Source of the DNA: an uncultured archaeon
Lineage (GTDB): Archaea; Asgardarchaeota; Thorarchaeia; Thorarchaeales; Thorarchaeaceae
Length of the DNA: 32,000 nt
Direction of reading: 5' to 3'
Assembly (NCBI GenBank): GCA_964610875.1
Contig: CAZSWP010000016.1
Span: forward strand, 37,730-69,729
The position numbers and the translations under genes are program-made. Positions 1-8,631 of this stretch are shown here, piece after piece (within the stretch, counting starts at the first letter, position 1; the number at the start of each line of letters is the position of its first letter). The notes under the pieces are model-generated. The model was not told the origin of the DNA and ran no database searches. It saw nothing but the letters and a program-made list of their open reading frames with translations.

Positions 1-847
1 TCGCAGTGTTTTCTATGAGATCCTTCTCTGCAGTAATCACCCATGCCACCTTTTCAGAATCGAATTTGAAGAGATTGGAAACGGATTTCGATAGCATCTC
101 TTTAACTTGAGTTGCAATTGGTTCCATTTTTTTCAATATCTTCGAATCAATTACGTCATGCGTTCTTGAAGCAATATCCACAGCAAGGTCTGCAATGCGT
201 TCAATGTACTGTACTGCCAACCGAAAATCAAGAGCTGATACCGGTGAGATCTCCATTGCTTCTGATATGCGGGGATATTGTATTGCCAGTCTCAACTCTC
301 TGACTATGAGAAAGAACAGTCTATCGACCTCTTCATCCCGCTGAATCACCGCATTTGCTAGGTCACGGTTCCCCTTGAAATATGCCTCAAGACCATCATT
401 CAACATTCTTGAGGCAATGAGATTCATCCTTCTCATGGTCTTATGAACGGGTAGTGTTGTTGGATCAACAAGACACTGAATCACTATCTGTTGGTCCGTT
501 TCATCTGTGATCTCGAGTGCTACAAAACGCTTGATAATATGTCGCAGAGTTTCTCGTTGTTCGTTAGTGATAGCTTTCTCTGCAACAATCTTGATTTCAT
601 CAAAACCTAGCAGGTATTTACTAGTGATTGACCACCTCAGGTTGGTTTCTATAGGTACTGTTGTGGACCGACTCTCTCCTGGTTTAGGCAATCTTGGGTC
701 AACGATCAGACAACCGTCTTCTCGTTCTGCAACGACTACAGGGTCGCCCTTACTCAAATTCTGTCTGGTAACCCATTCCTTCGGCAAGATAATTAGATAT
801 GAACTGCCACTCTTGCCACCGGTCTGTTGAAGTCGTCTAATATTCAT
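1..847 (-). CDS. AbrB/SpoVT-domain plus PhoU-domain regulator (archaeal phosphate-uptake-regulator-like); C-terminal end cut by window edge
   Basis: Absent from the ORF track because it runs off the window. My translation of the minus strand from the ATG at 847-845 reads MNIRRLQQTGGKSGSSYLIILPKEWVTRQNLSKGDPVVV (AbrB/SpoVT-type). PhoU-like helices follow: RDEEVDRLFFLIVREL and YIERIADLAVDIASRT (compare PhoU LERIGDHATNIAE). The frame is open to position 1. Confidence 0.75.
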   Translation of the reverse strand, partial: MNIRRLQQTGGKSGSSYLIILPKEWVTRQNLSKGDPVVVAEREDGCLIVDPRLPKPGESRSTTVPIETNLRWSITSKYLLGFDEIKIVAEKAITNEQRETLRHIIKRFVALEITDETDQQIVIQCLVDPTTLPVHKTMRRMNLIASRMLNDGLEAYFKGNRDLANAVIQRDEEVDRLFFLIVRELRLAIQYPRISEAMEISPVSALDFRLAVQYIERIADLAVDIASRTHDVIDSKILKKMEPIATQVKEMLSKSVSNLFKFDSEKVAWVITAEKDLIENTA

Positions 848-1006
848 GGAGATACATCCTAACCTTTGTCAGTTTAGGCAACGCTAGATTATAGATGGCG
901 CCTAATACGCTTACCGCAGCACATCATTTTCTATCTATCTCATCTAGTTATTGGTCACCTATGACAGACATTTTATGTCAAACCTTCTCCAACTATCAGT
1001 GATGCT

Positions 1007-2644
1007 TTGTTGACTTCACTAGACCGACGTTCAATTCTCACTCGAATTATCAATGCAGGGTTCCAAATCACCCCTGATGCATTAGACTATATTATGAGTC
1101 TACCCTCTCCAATAGCAATTATTGAAAATTTGATTCAAGAGTGCATTTCAGATGATTCCTGCACAATGATATCTCCTATGACTATCACTGACTACCTGGG
1201 GAAACAATCCGAAAGCGAAATATATGATGCAGTTGAGATCGAAGACTCTTCTGAACAGGAACCTCTTCCAACGGACTTATCTATTAATGACACAGACATA
1301 CCTCAACCAACATCAGATGAACGTATACTCATTCTCAAGAACCCCCAATATGACTCTGTAGGCTCTTCTGGAACAGTAGAGGATTTTCTAGCTCTTTTCA
1401 AAGACCGTTTTAAGAGAATTCACAAAATCTACATGAATAGGATTGACACGAGTACTGCTATTTCTCCAAAGTTGGCATTTACCAGAAAGGAAGAGGCTCG
1501 TGCATACAAAGCGCTCTCTCGCGAGGGCGGTAAACGTCGTAGGCGTCCACTAACCAAGGTAATTGGTATGGTGCGAGATAAGAGCGTATCTAGGTCTAGG
1601 AATGTGATAATCCAGCTTGAAGATGCTGAAGGAGTCATAATGTGTGTGATTCCTGCAACCCGTCAAGGATTGAAGGGTGCACAATTAGCTGCTAAAGGGA
1701 ATTCTATTCTTCTTGACGAAGTAGTCTGCATTGCAGGTTACGTTGACGAAGATGGTCGTATGATTGCTGATGATGTAATCTTCCCCGATATTCCTACTTC
1801 TCGTAACATCGGTAGAGCCACACGTGATGTCTATGCTGCATTCATTTCTGACATTCATTGTGGTAGTAAAGAATATCTGGAGGACGAATTTGATACTCTT
1901 ATCAACTGGTTCCGAGGTGAAGATGTAGATGAAGCAGATAAAGACATGTCCGTGAAAACAGAGTATCTCTTCATTGCTGGGGATATAGTTGATGGAATTG
2001 GGGTCTACCCAACTCAGAAAGATGAACTTCTCATTCCTAACCTCTACGATCAATACGCATTCATAGCCAAGAAACTCCGTCGACTACCAGAGCGAGTTAC
2101 CGTAATAGCTATTCCGGGTAATCACGATGCTTGTAGACAAGCTCTGCCCAGACCTCCTTTTGCTGAGGAGTTTGCTCAACCCCTGTACGAGCTTGGCGAA
2201 CATATTATGCTGCTTGGTGAACCTGCTCTTATCGAAGTGGAAGGTGTTAAGATACTGTTGACGCATGGGGACTCCATGGACGACCTCGTTGTGAACAGTC
2301 CTGGTGCATCATATACTAAACCTGAGGTTGGAATGCGAGAACTACTGGTGAAAAGACACTTAGCTCCCGTCTATGGTGGCAAGACTGAACTAGCTCCTCT
2401 GAGCCGCGATTGGCTTGTACTGGAAACACCTCCTGATATCGTCCATTTTGGCCACTCTCATCATAATGCTATAGACAACTATAGGGGCATACAGATCATA
2501 AACTCAGGTACTTTTCAGGCGCAGACTGATTTTATGAGAAAGCAAGGGATAGTACCAACTCCGGGTATTGTCACTTTCATCAACCTCCAGAATGGCCATC
2601 CCACACCGAAATTCTTCTATGATGTTGATAAGTTTGCACAATAA
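1007..2644 (+). CDS. polB: DNA polymerase II (PolD) small subunit DP1
   Basis: 545-aa ORF with a TTG start as tracked; exact start uncertain. It carries Mre11/calcineurin-type phosphoesterase motifs (ISDIHCGS, FIAGDIVDG, IPGNHD, LTHGD, GHSHH) after an OB-like central region. The N-terminal helical domain (ILTRIINAGFQITPDALDYI) is typical of DP1. Confidence 0.9.
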   Translation: MLTSLDRRSILTRIINAGFQITPDALDYIMSLPSPIAIIENLIQECISDDSCTMISPMTITDYLGKQSESEIYDAVEIEDSSEQEPLPTDLSINDTDIPQPTSDERILILKNPQYDSVGSSGTVEDFLALFKDRFKRIHKIYMNRIDTSTAISPKLAFTRKEEARAYKALSREGGKRRRRPLTKVIGMVRDKSVSRSRNVIIQLEDAEGVIMCVIPATRQGLKGAQLAAKGNSILLDEVVCIAGYVDEDGRMIADDVIFPDIPTSRNIGRATRDVYAAFISDIHCGSKEYLEDEFDTLINWFRGEDVDEADKDMSVKTEYLFIAGDIVDGIGVYPTQKDELLIPNLYDQYAFIAKKLRRLPERVTVIAIPGNHDACRQALPRPPFAEEFAQPLYELGEHIMLLGEPALIEVEGVKILLTHGDSMDDLVVNSPGASYTKPEVGMRELLVKRHLAPVYGGKTELAPLSRDWLVLETPPDIVHFGHSHHNAIDNYRGIQIINSGTFQAQTDFMRKQGIVPTPGIVTFINLQNGHPTPKFFYDVDKFAQ

Positions 2645-2655
2645 ACATCAATGGT

Positions 2656-3921
2656 CTATTTGAGTAGTTGTTTTGCCACTTTAGAAAGTCTTGGGTCCTC
2701 ATCAAGTATGGTTCCAATCTGTTTCTTGCTCACTGCAAGTCGGATTTTCTTTGTTCTGCCATACCTGCCTTTGGAAACAACTGTGGTATTGATTAATCCT
2801 AACATATCCAATTCACTAATCAAATCACTGACTCTACGTTGTGTCAACGTGTCCAGAGAGAGTGTCTTGACTATCTCGGAGTACATATTGAAGCACTCTC
2901 CAGTGAAAATATCACGTTTGCCACTGGCTGCTAGTGCATAGACTGACAGGAGTACCGCCTTAGACTGCATTGGTAATGTCTTCACAGTTTCCGTTATAGT
3001 GTCACGTTCGATAAACTTCTGTGCCTCTCTAACATGTTCCTGAGTGACCAGATCATCTCCCTTTCTTTCGGCAAGTTCTCCTGCAGTTCTGAGGAGGTCT
3101 AGTGCTCGGCGTGCGTCCCCGTGTTCCTGAGCTGCAAGGGCTCCTACAAGGTTTATGACACCTTCATCTTCTATCACTCCGTCATTGAATGATATTGCTA
3201 CTCGTTGTTGCAGAATTCCTCTGAGTTCTACGGCATTGTAAGGTGGAAAGATGACTTCCTCTTCTCCAAGTGTAGACAATACACGCGGGTCCAGCATCTC
3301 CTTGAATTTCAGGTCATTGCTGATTCCAATAATAGAGATTCTACTGTTCTCAAGTTCACTGTTCATTCGAGTCAGACCATATAGAATATCATTACCTTGG
3401 TTAACATCACGCTTGACAAGGCTATCAACCTCGTCCAATACCACAACCAGAATGCTTGATTGTTCATCGAGTTTTCTCTTCAAAATTGACCTGATCTCGT
3501 CGGTTGGTAGACCAGTAAATGGCACTTCTGACCCATCTGGCATAGTTGCATCAATACCCGTACAGAGCTTTCGAAGTACACGATAATTTGTTCCAACAAT
3601 ACGACAATTGATATGCACATCAAGTGGGGGCATAATCCCACTCTGTTCTGCTTTCTCTACTAGAGTTCTAAGGACATATCTTGCTACAACCGTTTTTCCA
3701 GTTCCGGTCTTTCCATAACATAGGATGTTGGAAGGTGGTGCTCCTCGGAGTGATGGACCCAGGATTGATGCAATACGACTCATCTGATCATCCCTATATG
3801 GTAGATCGTCAGGAACATATGTTGGTCTGAGTGCATTTCTATTCTTGAAAATTGCCTGACCCTGTATGAACTTATCAAACAACTTATCCAGTTTCGGTTG
3901 CTTGCTCAACTGCTGGTTCAC
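2656..3921 (-). CDS. cdc6: Orc1/Cdc6 replication initiator (AAA+ ATPase plus C-terminal winged helix)
   Basis: 421 aa with Walker A GKTGTGKT and Walker B VVVLDEVD. The C-terminal region (VSDLISELDMLGLI...SKGRYGRTKKI) looks like a winged helix. It is convergent with DP1 (11-nt gap) and has an ORB motif directly upstream. Confidence 0.92.
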   Translation of the reverse strand: MNQQLSKQPKLDKLFDKFIQGQAIFKNRNALRPTYVPDDLPYRDDQMSRIASILGPSLRGAPPSNILCYGKTGTGKTVVARYVLRTLVEKAEQSGIMPPLDVHINCRIVGTNYRVLRKLCTGIDATMPDGSEVPFTGLPTDEIRSILKRKLDEQSSILVVVLDEVDSLVKRDVNQGNDILYGLTRMNSELENSRISIIGISNDLKFKEMLDPRVLSTLGEEEVIFPPYNAVELRGILQQRVAISFNDGVIEDEGVINLVGALAAQEHGDARRALDLLRTAGELAERKGDDLVTQEHVREAQKFIERDTITETVKTLPMQSKAVLLSVYALAASGKRDIFTGECFNMYSEIVKTLSLDTLTQRRVSDLISELDMLGLINTTVVSKGRYGRTKKIRLAVSKKQIGTILDEDPRLSKVAKQLLK

Positions 3922-3960
3922 TCCAGTAATTATACGACCTCCACAAGAAACCTAGCTTTC

Positions 3961-4000
3961 TTCCAGTGGGGGCACCCTTGTTTCCACTGGAAATCTCCAG
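3961..4000 (-). promoter_or_regulatory. Origin recognition box (ORB): dyad plus G-rich element, with an inverted partial copy
   Basis: The minus strand of 3993..3973 reads TTTCCAGTGGAAACAAGGGTG, a TTCCAGTGGAA dyad plus G-rich tail like the Sulfolobus/Pyrococcus/Aeropyrum ORB consensus as I recall it. The plus strand of 3961-3972 reads TTCCAGTGGGGG. The motif lies 40-80 nt upstream of the cdc6 start. Confidence 0.6.
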
Positions 4001-4102
4001 ATAAAGCTACGTATTACATCGGTGGCTTTTTGGACAACTAATAAGTTCATGAGCCAGCCAGTTGCCAGATGTTCGAACAACCAGAAAAGAGTGATCCGCC
4101 CA

Positions 4103-4735
4103 ATGCGTTTGAGAGACCTAGAGATAGAGCTTCAACAAATGAACCGGCATACTGAACATGAGGTATCTTTGGAGAGCTATCCCACTCCTGCCCCAATCGC
4201 AGCAGCCATATTGTTTGCAGCAGAGATGGAACATAGCGACATCCACGATAAGACCGTTCTTGACTTGGGTTGTGGCGATGGGATCTTTGCACTTGGCGCT
4301 GCTCTACTTGGAGCAAGATGTGTTCTAGGAATTGACCTACAAAGCAAAGCCTTAAAGGCTGCTCGCGAGAACTCAACACGGCTCGGGATACATGATAAAG
4401 TAGACCTAGTACTAGGAGATGTTTCCTCCTTAGAACTACTAGGAACTGTTGACACTGTGATGAGTAATCCACCATTCGGTGTTAAAAATAGAGGCGCAGA
4501 CCTTAGATTCCTGAAAAAGGCAATATCTGTTGCCCGGGTGACGTATAGTATTCACCTTGCAGGTGATAAGAACAGAGCATTCCTGGAGCATAAGATTGAA
4601 GCTCTAGGTGGAAATGTGACACAAATAGAAACATTTCAGTTTCCAATTGCAAAAATCTATGAATTCCACAGGAAAATGAAACATCTTACGAAAGTTGATC
4701 TATACCGCATTGAGAGTGTGAAAGTAAATGGCTGA
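4103..4735 (+). CDS. SAM-dependent methyltransferase, METTL5-like / COG2263-type putative rRNA N6-adenine methylase
   Basis: SAM-binding motif I VLDLGCGDGIFALGAALLGA and motif IV NPPFG. I prefer the ATG at 4103 (MRLRDLEIELQQ) over the tracked GTG at 4022, which would run into the ORB region. The gene overlaps csl4 by 8 nt, a pairing I recall as conserved in archaea. Confidence 0.75.
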   Translation: MRLRDLEIELQQMNRHTEHEVSLESYPTPAPIAAAILFAAEMEHSDIHDKTVLDLGCGDGIFALGAALLGARCVLGIDLQSKALKAARENSTRLGIHDKVDLVLGDVSSLELLGTVDTVMSNPPFGVKNRGADLRFLKKAISVARVTYSIHLAGDKNRAFLEHKIEALGGNVTQIETFQFPIAKIYEFHRKMKHLTKVDLYRIESVKVNG

Positions 4736-5465
4736 TGTAAAAAGCGGTGACACTGTTGTACCGGGGGACCAATTGTGCGTTATTGAAGAGCTCTTGCCGA
4801 GCTATGGGACTTATGAAAAAGACGGTGTTGTATTTTCGGCAACAGCAGGAACCGTATCTATGGATTTGAAAGACAGAAAAATTAGCGTATTCGACCCGAG
4901 CGGTGGAATGCGACTTGCTTTACCTGTTGAGGGCGATATTATTGTTGGTGAAGTGACTTCAGTATACGACCAAAGAGCTGAGGTGACAATTGCAAAGCGC
5001 AATGACGAGTACTTTCTGAGTGGCCTCGTTGGTGAGATACATATCAGCAATGTGACCCGGCGATATGTGAAAAGCATGCACGATGTGACAAAAATAGGTG
5101 ATATAATTCGTGCAGTATCTCTAAGCACACATATAATACCTGTTGAACTCAGTCTTGTCGGAACCGAGTTTGGAGTCATCTATTCAGAATGTGTGAAGTG
5201 TGGGGCTCCTCTGACACTTACAACACACAACAACATGGTCTGTCTCAGATGTGAATATCGTGACACCCGTGAGGTAGCTGAGGATTACGGACAACAATTT
5301 GGTCTTGAACCACGACCTGACCTTGCTCCTCGACGAAGACGGTACGACCGAAGAAGTTATGATGATAGGCGTCGCGGAGGGCGACGTAGTAGTGACCGAA
5401 GAGGCGACAGAAGTTCAGATCGTCGCGATAGTAGAAGAGGTAGCAGCAGAGATAGGAGAAGATAG
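4728..5465 (+). CDS. csl4: Exosome RNA-binding subunit Csl4 with a C-terminal Arg/Ser/Asp-rich tail
   Basis: N-terminal domain (VVPGDQLCVIEE), S1-like domain (GDIIVGEVTSV...AEVTI) and zinc ribbon (CVKCGAPL...CLRCEY). The last 44 aa are RRRRYDRRSYDDRRRGGRRSSDRRGDRSSDRRDSRRGSSRDRRR. It sits in the methylase-csl4-rpoL context. Confidence 0.85.
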   Translation: MADVKSGDTVVPGDQLCVIEELLPSYGTYEKDGVVFSATAGTVSMDLKDRKISVFDPSGGMRLALPVEGDIIVGEVTSVYDQRAEVTIAKRNDEYFLSGLVGEIHISNVTRRYVKSMHDVTKIGDIIRAVSLSTHIIPVELSLVGTEFGVIYSECVKCGAPLTLTTHNNMVCLRCEYRDTREVAEDYGQQFGLEPRPDLAPRRRRYDRRSYDDRRRGGRRSSDRRGDRSSDRRDSRRGSSRDRRR

Positions 5466-5467
5466 AT

Positions 5468-5758
5468 ATGGAACCAAAGATTATTGAAGAATCTCGCTAT
5501 GAGATTGTTTTTGAAATCAGGGGTGAGGGTCACTCATTCCCAAATCTATTACGAAAGACTTTGCTTGAAGAACCAGCTGTTGAGTTTGCCGGTTATAATA
5601 TTGACCATCCGCTGTTGGCCAATCCTGTGTTCACAGTAAGGACAAAGCGAAGGCAGGCAAACACAGTCACAAGAGATGCTCTTGAGAAGATACTTGCAAG
5701 GACTGAGGAGTTTCGAAAGAAATTCAGTCAAGCAGCAAGTGACTTCGGTGAGAGTTAA
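5468..5758 (+). CDS. rpoL: DNA-directed RNA polymerase subunit L (Rpo11/Rpb11 homolog)
   Basis: 96 aa. EIVFEIRGEGHSFPNLLRKTLLEEPAVEFAGYNIDHPLLANPVFTVRTK matches the RpoL/Rpb11 dimerisation fold signature. It starts 2 nt after the csl4 stop. Confidence 0.9.
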   Translation: MEPKIIEESRYEIVFEIRGEGHSFPNLLRKTLLEEPAVEFAGYNIDHPLLANPVFTVRTKRRQANTVTRDALEKILARTEEFRKKFSQAASDFGES

Positions 5759-5793
5759 TCAAAATAAATAGAACTGATAGCCGGTGACCATCA

Positions 5794-6210
5794 TTGTGGG
5801 ACTTCTTAGTTGAACATGATTCAGCTGAGAGTGTCATGCGGGACCAGGGTCTCGCACAAATTGGTGACACCCTCACAAATCTGTGCTATTCATTGACAAA
5901 GTCAATTGTGCTGGAACGAGCTAATGGAGTCAAAGTGAGGGACAGTGTACTCGCACGAGCAATACGATCAACGTCTGTCTATGATCAGATTGGCCGTCGG
6001 ACAGATATTGGTAGAGCTGCTGATGCGTACGAGGCTATTCTTGCTTGGTTGTGGCTAAAACACAAAGTGACCATCAAAGAGATTGTAGAGTTTCTCGTCC
6101 CACACTTAAACATTGACCATGAAACCAGTAGAAAAGAAGAAGGGGCAATTGCTGCAATAGCCTTTCAATCGTTATTAGAACACGTAAAGGATAGACTTCC
6201 AAACATATAA
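5794..6210 (+). CDS. Small RNase III-like domain protein (tentative)
   Basis: GLAQIGDTLTNL resembles the RNase III signature (ETLEFLGDALL), and RAADAYEAILAWLWL resembles the second signature (xxGDxFEALxGAxYxD). The tracked start is a TTG at 5794. The ATG at 5836 (MRDQGLAQIGD, 124 aa) is more likely. Confidence 0.45.
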   Translation: MWDFLVEHDSAESVMRDQGLAQIGDTLTNLCYSLTKSIVLERANGVKVRDSVLARAIRSTSVYDQIGRRTDIGRAADAYEAILAWLWLKHKVTIKEIVEFLVPHLNIDHETSRKEEGAIAAIAFQSLLEHVKDRLPNI

Positions 6211-6500
6211 TGAGTAATTGTGTTATTCTCACAAACTAGTATACTATCCAGTTGCTTTTACTGAATATCTGCCGAGCGGTTGATTTTTCGTTGTTTCAGT
6301 AGAACTAAGATAATGATTGATATAAAACCGTTCCAAACCCATGGTGAAAGTAAACACCATTAGTAGCATGACACACTTCGAGGGATTACACATCTACTAT
6401 TTCATACCCCCTTTTATCAAAACATCTTATGTCCTACCATTTAATCATTCAATTGCAGGTGACTATTGCTAGGAATTAGAATATGTCGCTGCCACAAATC

Positions 6501-6508
6501 CTTTAATT
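6501..6508 (+). promoter_or_regulatory. Putative TATA box for tfs
   Basis: CTTTAATT lies about 40 nt upstream of the tfs ATG in an AT-rich 335-nt intergenic region. Position-based guess only. Confidence 0.3.
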
Positions 6509-6546
6509 GGATATGATACTTCGAACGATACTCGGAGTCTTACAAA

Positions 6547-6870
6547 ATGCAATTCTGTGAAAAATGTGGCGCAATGATGATGCCTGCAAAAGGCGATGAT
6601 GGAAAAAGGATCTTACAATGCAGGAGTTGTGGCCATACGGAATCAGCAACAGGTCAGATGAAGGTTGAACAGACAGTAGAGAAGACTCCTCGTGATAAGA
6701 TAATAGTGGTAGAAGACGAGAGCATTCCTATGCCCAAGACAGCTGCAACTTGTCCAAAATGTGGGCACAATGAAGCCTACTACTGGACAGTCCAGACACG
6801 TCGAGGTGACGAAGGAGCTACTGAATTTTATAGATGCACAAAATGTGGCACGACTTGGAGACGGTATTGA
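6547..6870 (+). CDS. tfs: Transcription factor S (TFS; TFIIS/Rpb9-like cleavage factor)
   Basis: 107 aa. N-terminal zinc ribbon CEKCG...CRSCGH. C-terminal TFIIS-type zinc ribbon CPKCGHNEAYYWTVQTRRGDEGATEFYRCTKCG with the acidic DE hairpin. Confidence 0.9.
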   Translation: MQFCEKCGAMMMPAKGDDGKRILQCRSCGHTESATGQMKVEQTVEKTPRDKIIVVEDESIPMPKTAATCPKCGHNEAYYWTVQTRRGDEGATEFYRCTKCGTTWRRY

Positions 6871-7181
6871 AGGGGTTCAGTGTAAATAATTACGTAATGT
6901 TAGAACTTTCAAATATCATTGTTTTGAGTAAGATTAGAAAGAGCATGACTTTTTCATCAAGACTCCATAACCTAAGTATTAATGAAGAAACTCAGAAAAA
7001 GATTGGAATCTACTCAATTCAGGGTCAAAGTAGTCAAGTATAAATTTTGTACAATTAAGAAGACAAATTCAATATTCAGAAATTAGATTGGAAAAGGAAA
7101 TCCCTTCCTGTAAGGATGTATCAGAAATGATTTTAGCTTGTCAACAGATATGCCAAGGACTAGCTCCTTAAGTAGTGAATT

Positions 7182-8585
7182 CTAACCAAAGAATTGTTCA
7201 AAATCCTCAATAGATAGTTGCAAACAATTAGGTAATTCTTCAAATTCACTAAACCATTCCTTTACAGTGTCCAACTGTAAGGGTTCTCTCTGAGACGTTA
7301 CCAATACAGGTAGAATCATCTTTCCTTCCAATCCCAATTGTTTCAATCTAGTTTCTGATGATGAAACAATATCTGCCCATTCTAAGACTTCAATACGATC
7401 AGCTTTGTTGTCAAGTACTCTCTTATAGAAATCAGAATACGGAATGAACATGAGGTTTGCTTCAAGTTCAATATCTATGAAAAAATCATGTGCCTTACAC
7501 GAAATTACATAGAGTGTATCTTTATTGGAAGCCAAAATATCGATTTTTATTCTCTCTCTTCTATAATATTTTAACTTCTCAATTGATTCTTCATCAATTC
7601 CTTGAAAATCAATTTCTGTGAAATCTACATTGAGATTAGTCTGTGTTTCAATTCTTTGTTTGACGAAATCATTGAAACACTCACCATATTCAGTCTTTAA
7701 TTTACCACCAGTATTGATAATCTTTGACAACCAAACAGATGTTAATGATATGGGAGGTTTACCAAACATGTAGCTAAATTCATCTTCTCCAGAGATTGGA
7801 TAGTATATACATGATGCAGGATTGGAACCAGGATTGTATGTTAGATGATCCAATACACCAATCCATTCATAACTAGGAATATGTTCGAAAATTGATGTTA
7901 GATATTCTTCTTTTCGAAGTAATGTGAAAGATCTACCAATATCTCGTCCTGTATACTCAATTTTCATGAATTCATTCTCAATTTTCGTGATGGTTTCGAG
8001 ACTCATTCCAAACGAACTGAAAAGCATGTATGATATCTCATCAAAGTGCTCCACAAGAGAGTGAGTTTCAAAAAAATGATTAAACCAGTCTAGATTAGTG
8101 CCTTTTTCCACGAACCATTCACTATATGAATCACGATTTGAAATGGTACCAAACGATGGAGTTCCATTCGAATCAATTTCAATTTTGAAATGATTTGATT
8201 CTTTACACTGATGGATAAGTGATTTCAGAGGAGATATTTGTGGTCGAAATGTGTGAAGTGCAGCTTTTGCATAGAACAACTTCTCAGGATCGTGAAGGAT
8301 GATTTTTGTTGATTTTAGATAAGATTTAGATGGTTTGAAGAGATTTCTTTCAAGCAGACTGTCAAGTACCATAACAGTATCATGGAGTTCTATCAATAAC
8401 ATTCTTCTTTTACTGGTTTCTTCTGTTCGTTGGATTTTTCTAGGCAGGATATCAAGAATTCCAGATATGACTAGTGTTGAGAATTCATCCTCAATACCAC
8501 AGATGTATCTCTCCAAACCATTATTCGCTCTGTCCAACTGCTTTTGAAGATAACTCAATACTTTTTCCTTGCCCTCCAAAATCAT
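7182..8585 (-). CDS. Hypothetical 467-aa protein; C-terminal region has a degenerate PD-(D/E)xK-like nuclease motif
   Basis: Long clean ORF in a visibly AT-richer segment. Sampled 60-nt lines give about 30-35% GC against about 45-50% in flanking core genes. The C-terminus RRERIKIDILASNKDTLYVISCKA fits the E...D...(E)xK strand pattern of the restriction-endonuclease/Hjc fold, but has Ser where Glu is expected. I recognise no other family. Confidence 0.6.
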   Translation of the reverse strand: MILEGKEKVLSYLQKQLDRANNGLERYICGIEDEFSTLVISGILDILPRKIQRTEETSKRRMLLIELHDTVMVLDSLLERNLFKPSKSYLKSTKIILHDPEKLFYAKAALHTFRPQISPLKSLIHQCKESNHFKIEIDSNGTPSFGTISNRDSYSEWFVEKGTNLDWFNHFFETHSLVEHFDEISYMLFSSFGMSLETITKIENEFMKIEYTGRDIGRSFTLLRKEEYLTSIFEHIPSYEWIGVLDHLTYNPGSNPASCIYYPISGEDEFSYMFGKPPISLTSVWLSKIINTGGKLKTEYGECFNDFVKQRIETQTNLNVDFTEIDFQGIDEESIEKLKYYRRERIKIDILASNKDTLYVISCKAHDFFIDIELEANLMFIPYSDFYKRVLDNKADRIEVLEWADIVSSSETRLKQLGLEGKMILPVLVTSQREPLQLDTVKEWFSEFEELPNCLQLSIEDFEQFFG

Positions 8586-8619
8586 CAGAATTCACCAGTA
8601 CTCAACAAAACTATCTGAA

Positions 8620-8631
8620 TACTATATAGTA
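8620..8631 (-). promoter_or_regulatory. Putative TATA box (perfect 12-nt palindrome TACTATATAGTA) for the 467-aa gene
   Basis: Located 35-46 nt upstream of the ATG at 8585. It is the only strong TATA-like element there. Confidence 0.35.

Noticed and set aside
4022-4102. GTG-initiated 27-codon N-terminal extension of the methyltransferase
   Set aside because: The extension (MAFWTTNKFMSQPVARCSNNQKRVIRP) resembles no known methylase N-terminus and would crowd the ORB region. The ATG at 4103 gives a family-typical start.
5299-5487. 62-aa plus-strand ORF in an alternative frame of the csl4 tail
   Set aside because: It is an artefact of the repetitive GA/CG-rich codons that encode the Arg/Ser/Asp tail. 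The csl4 frame is continuous with recognised domains.
6834-7043. 69-aa ORF overlapping the tfs 3' end
   Set aside because: It starts inside tfs in another frame and continues into AT-rich spacer. The product is not protein-like and has no start context.
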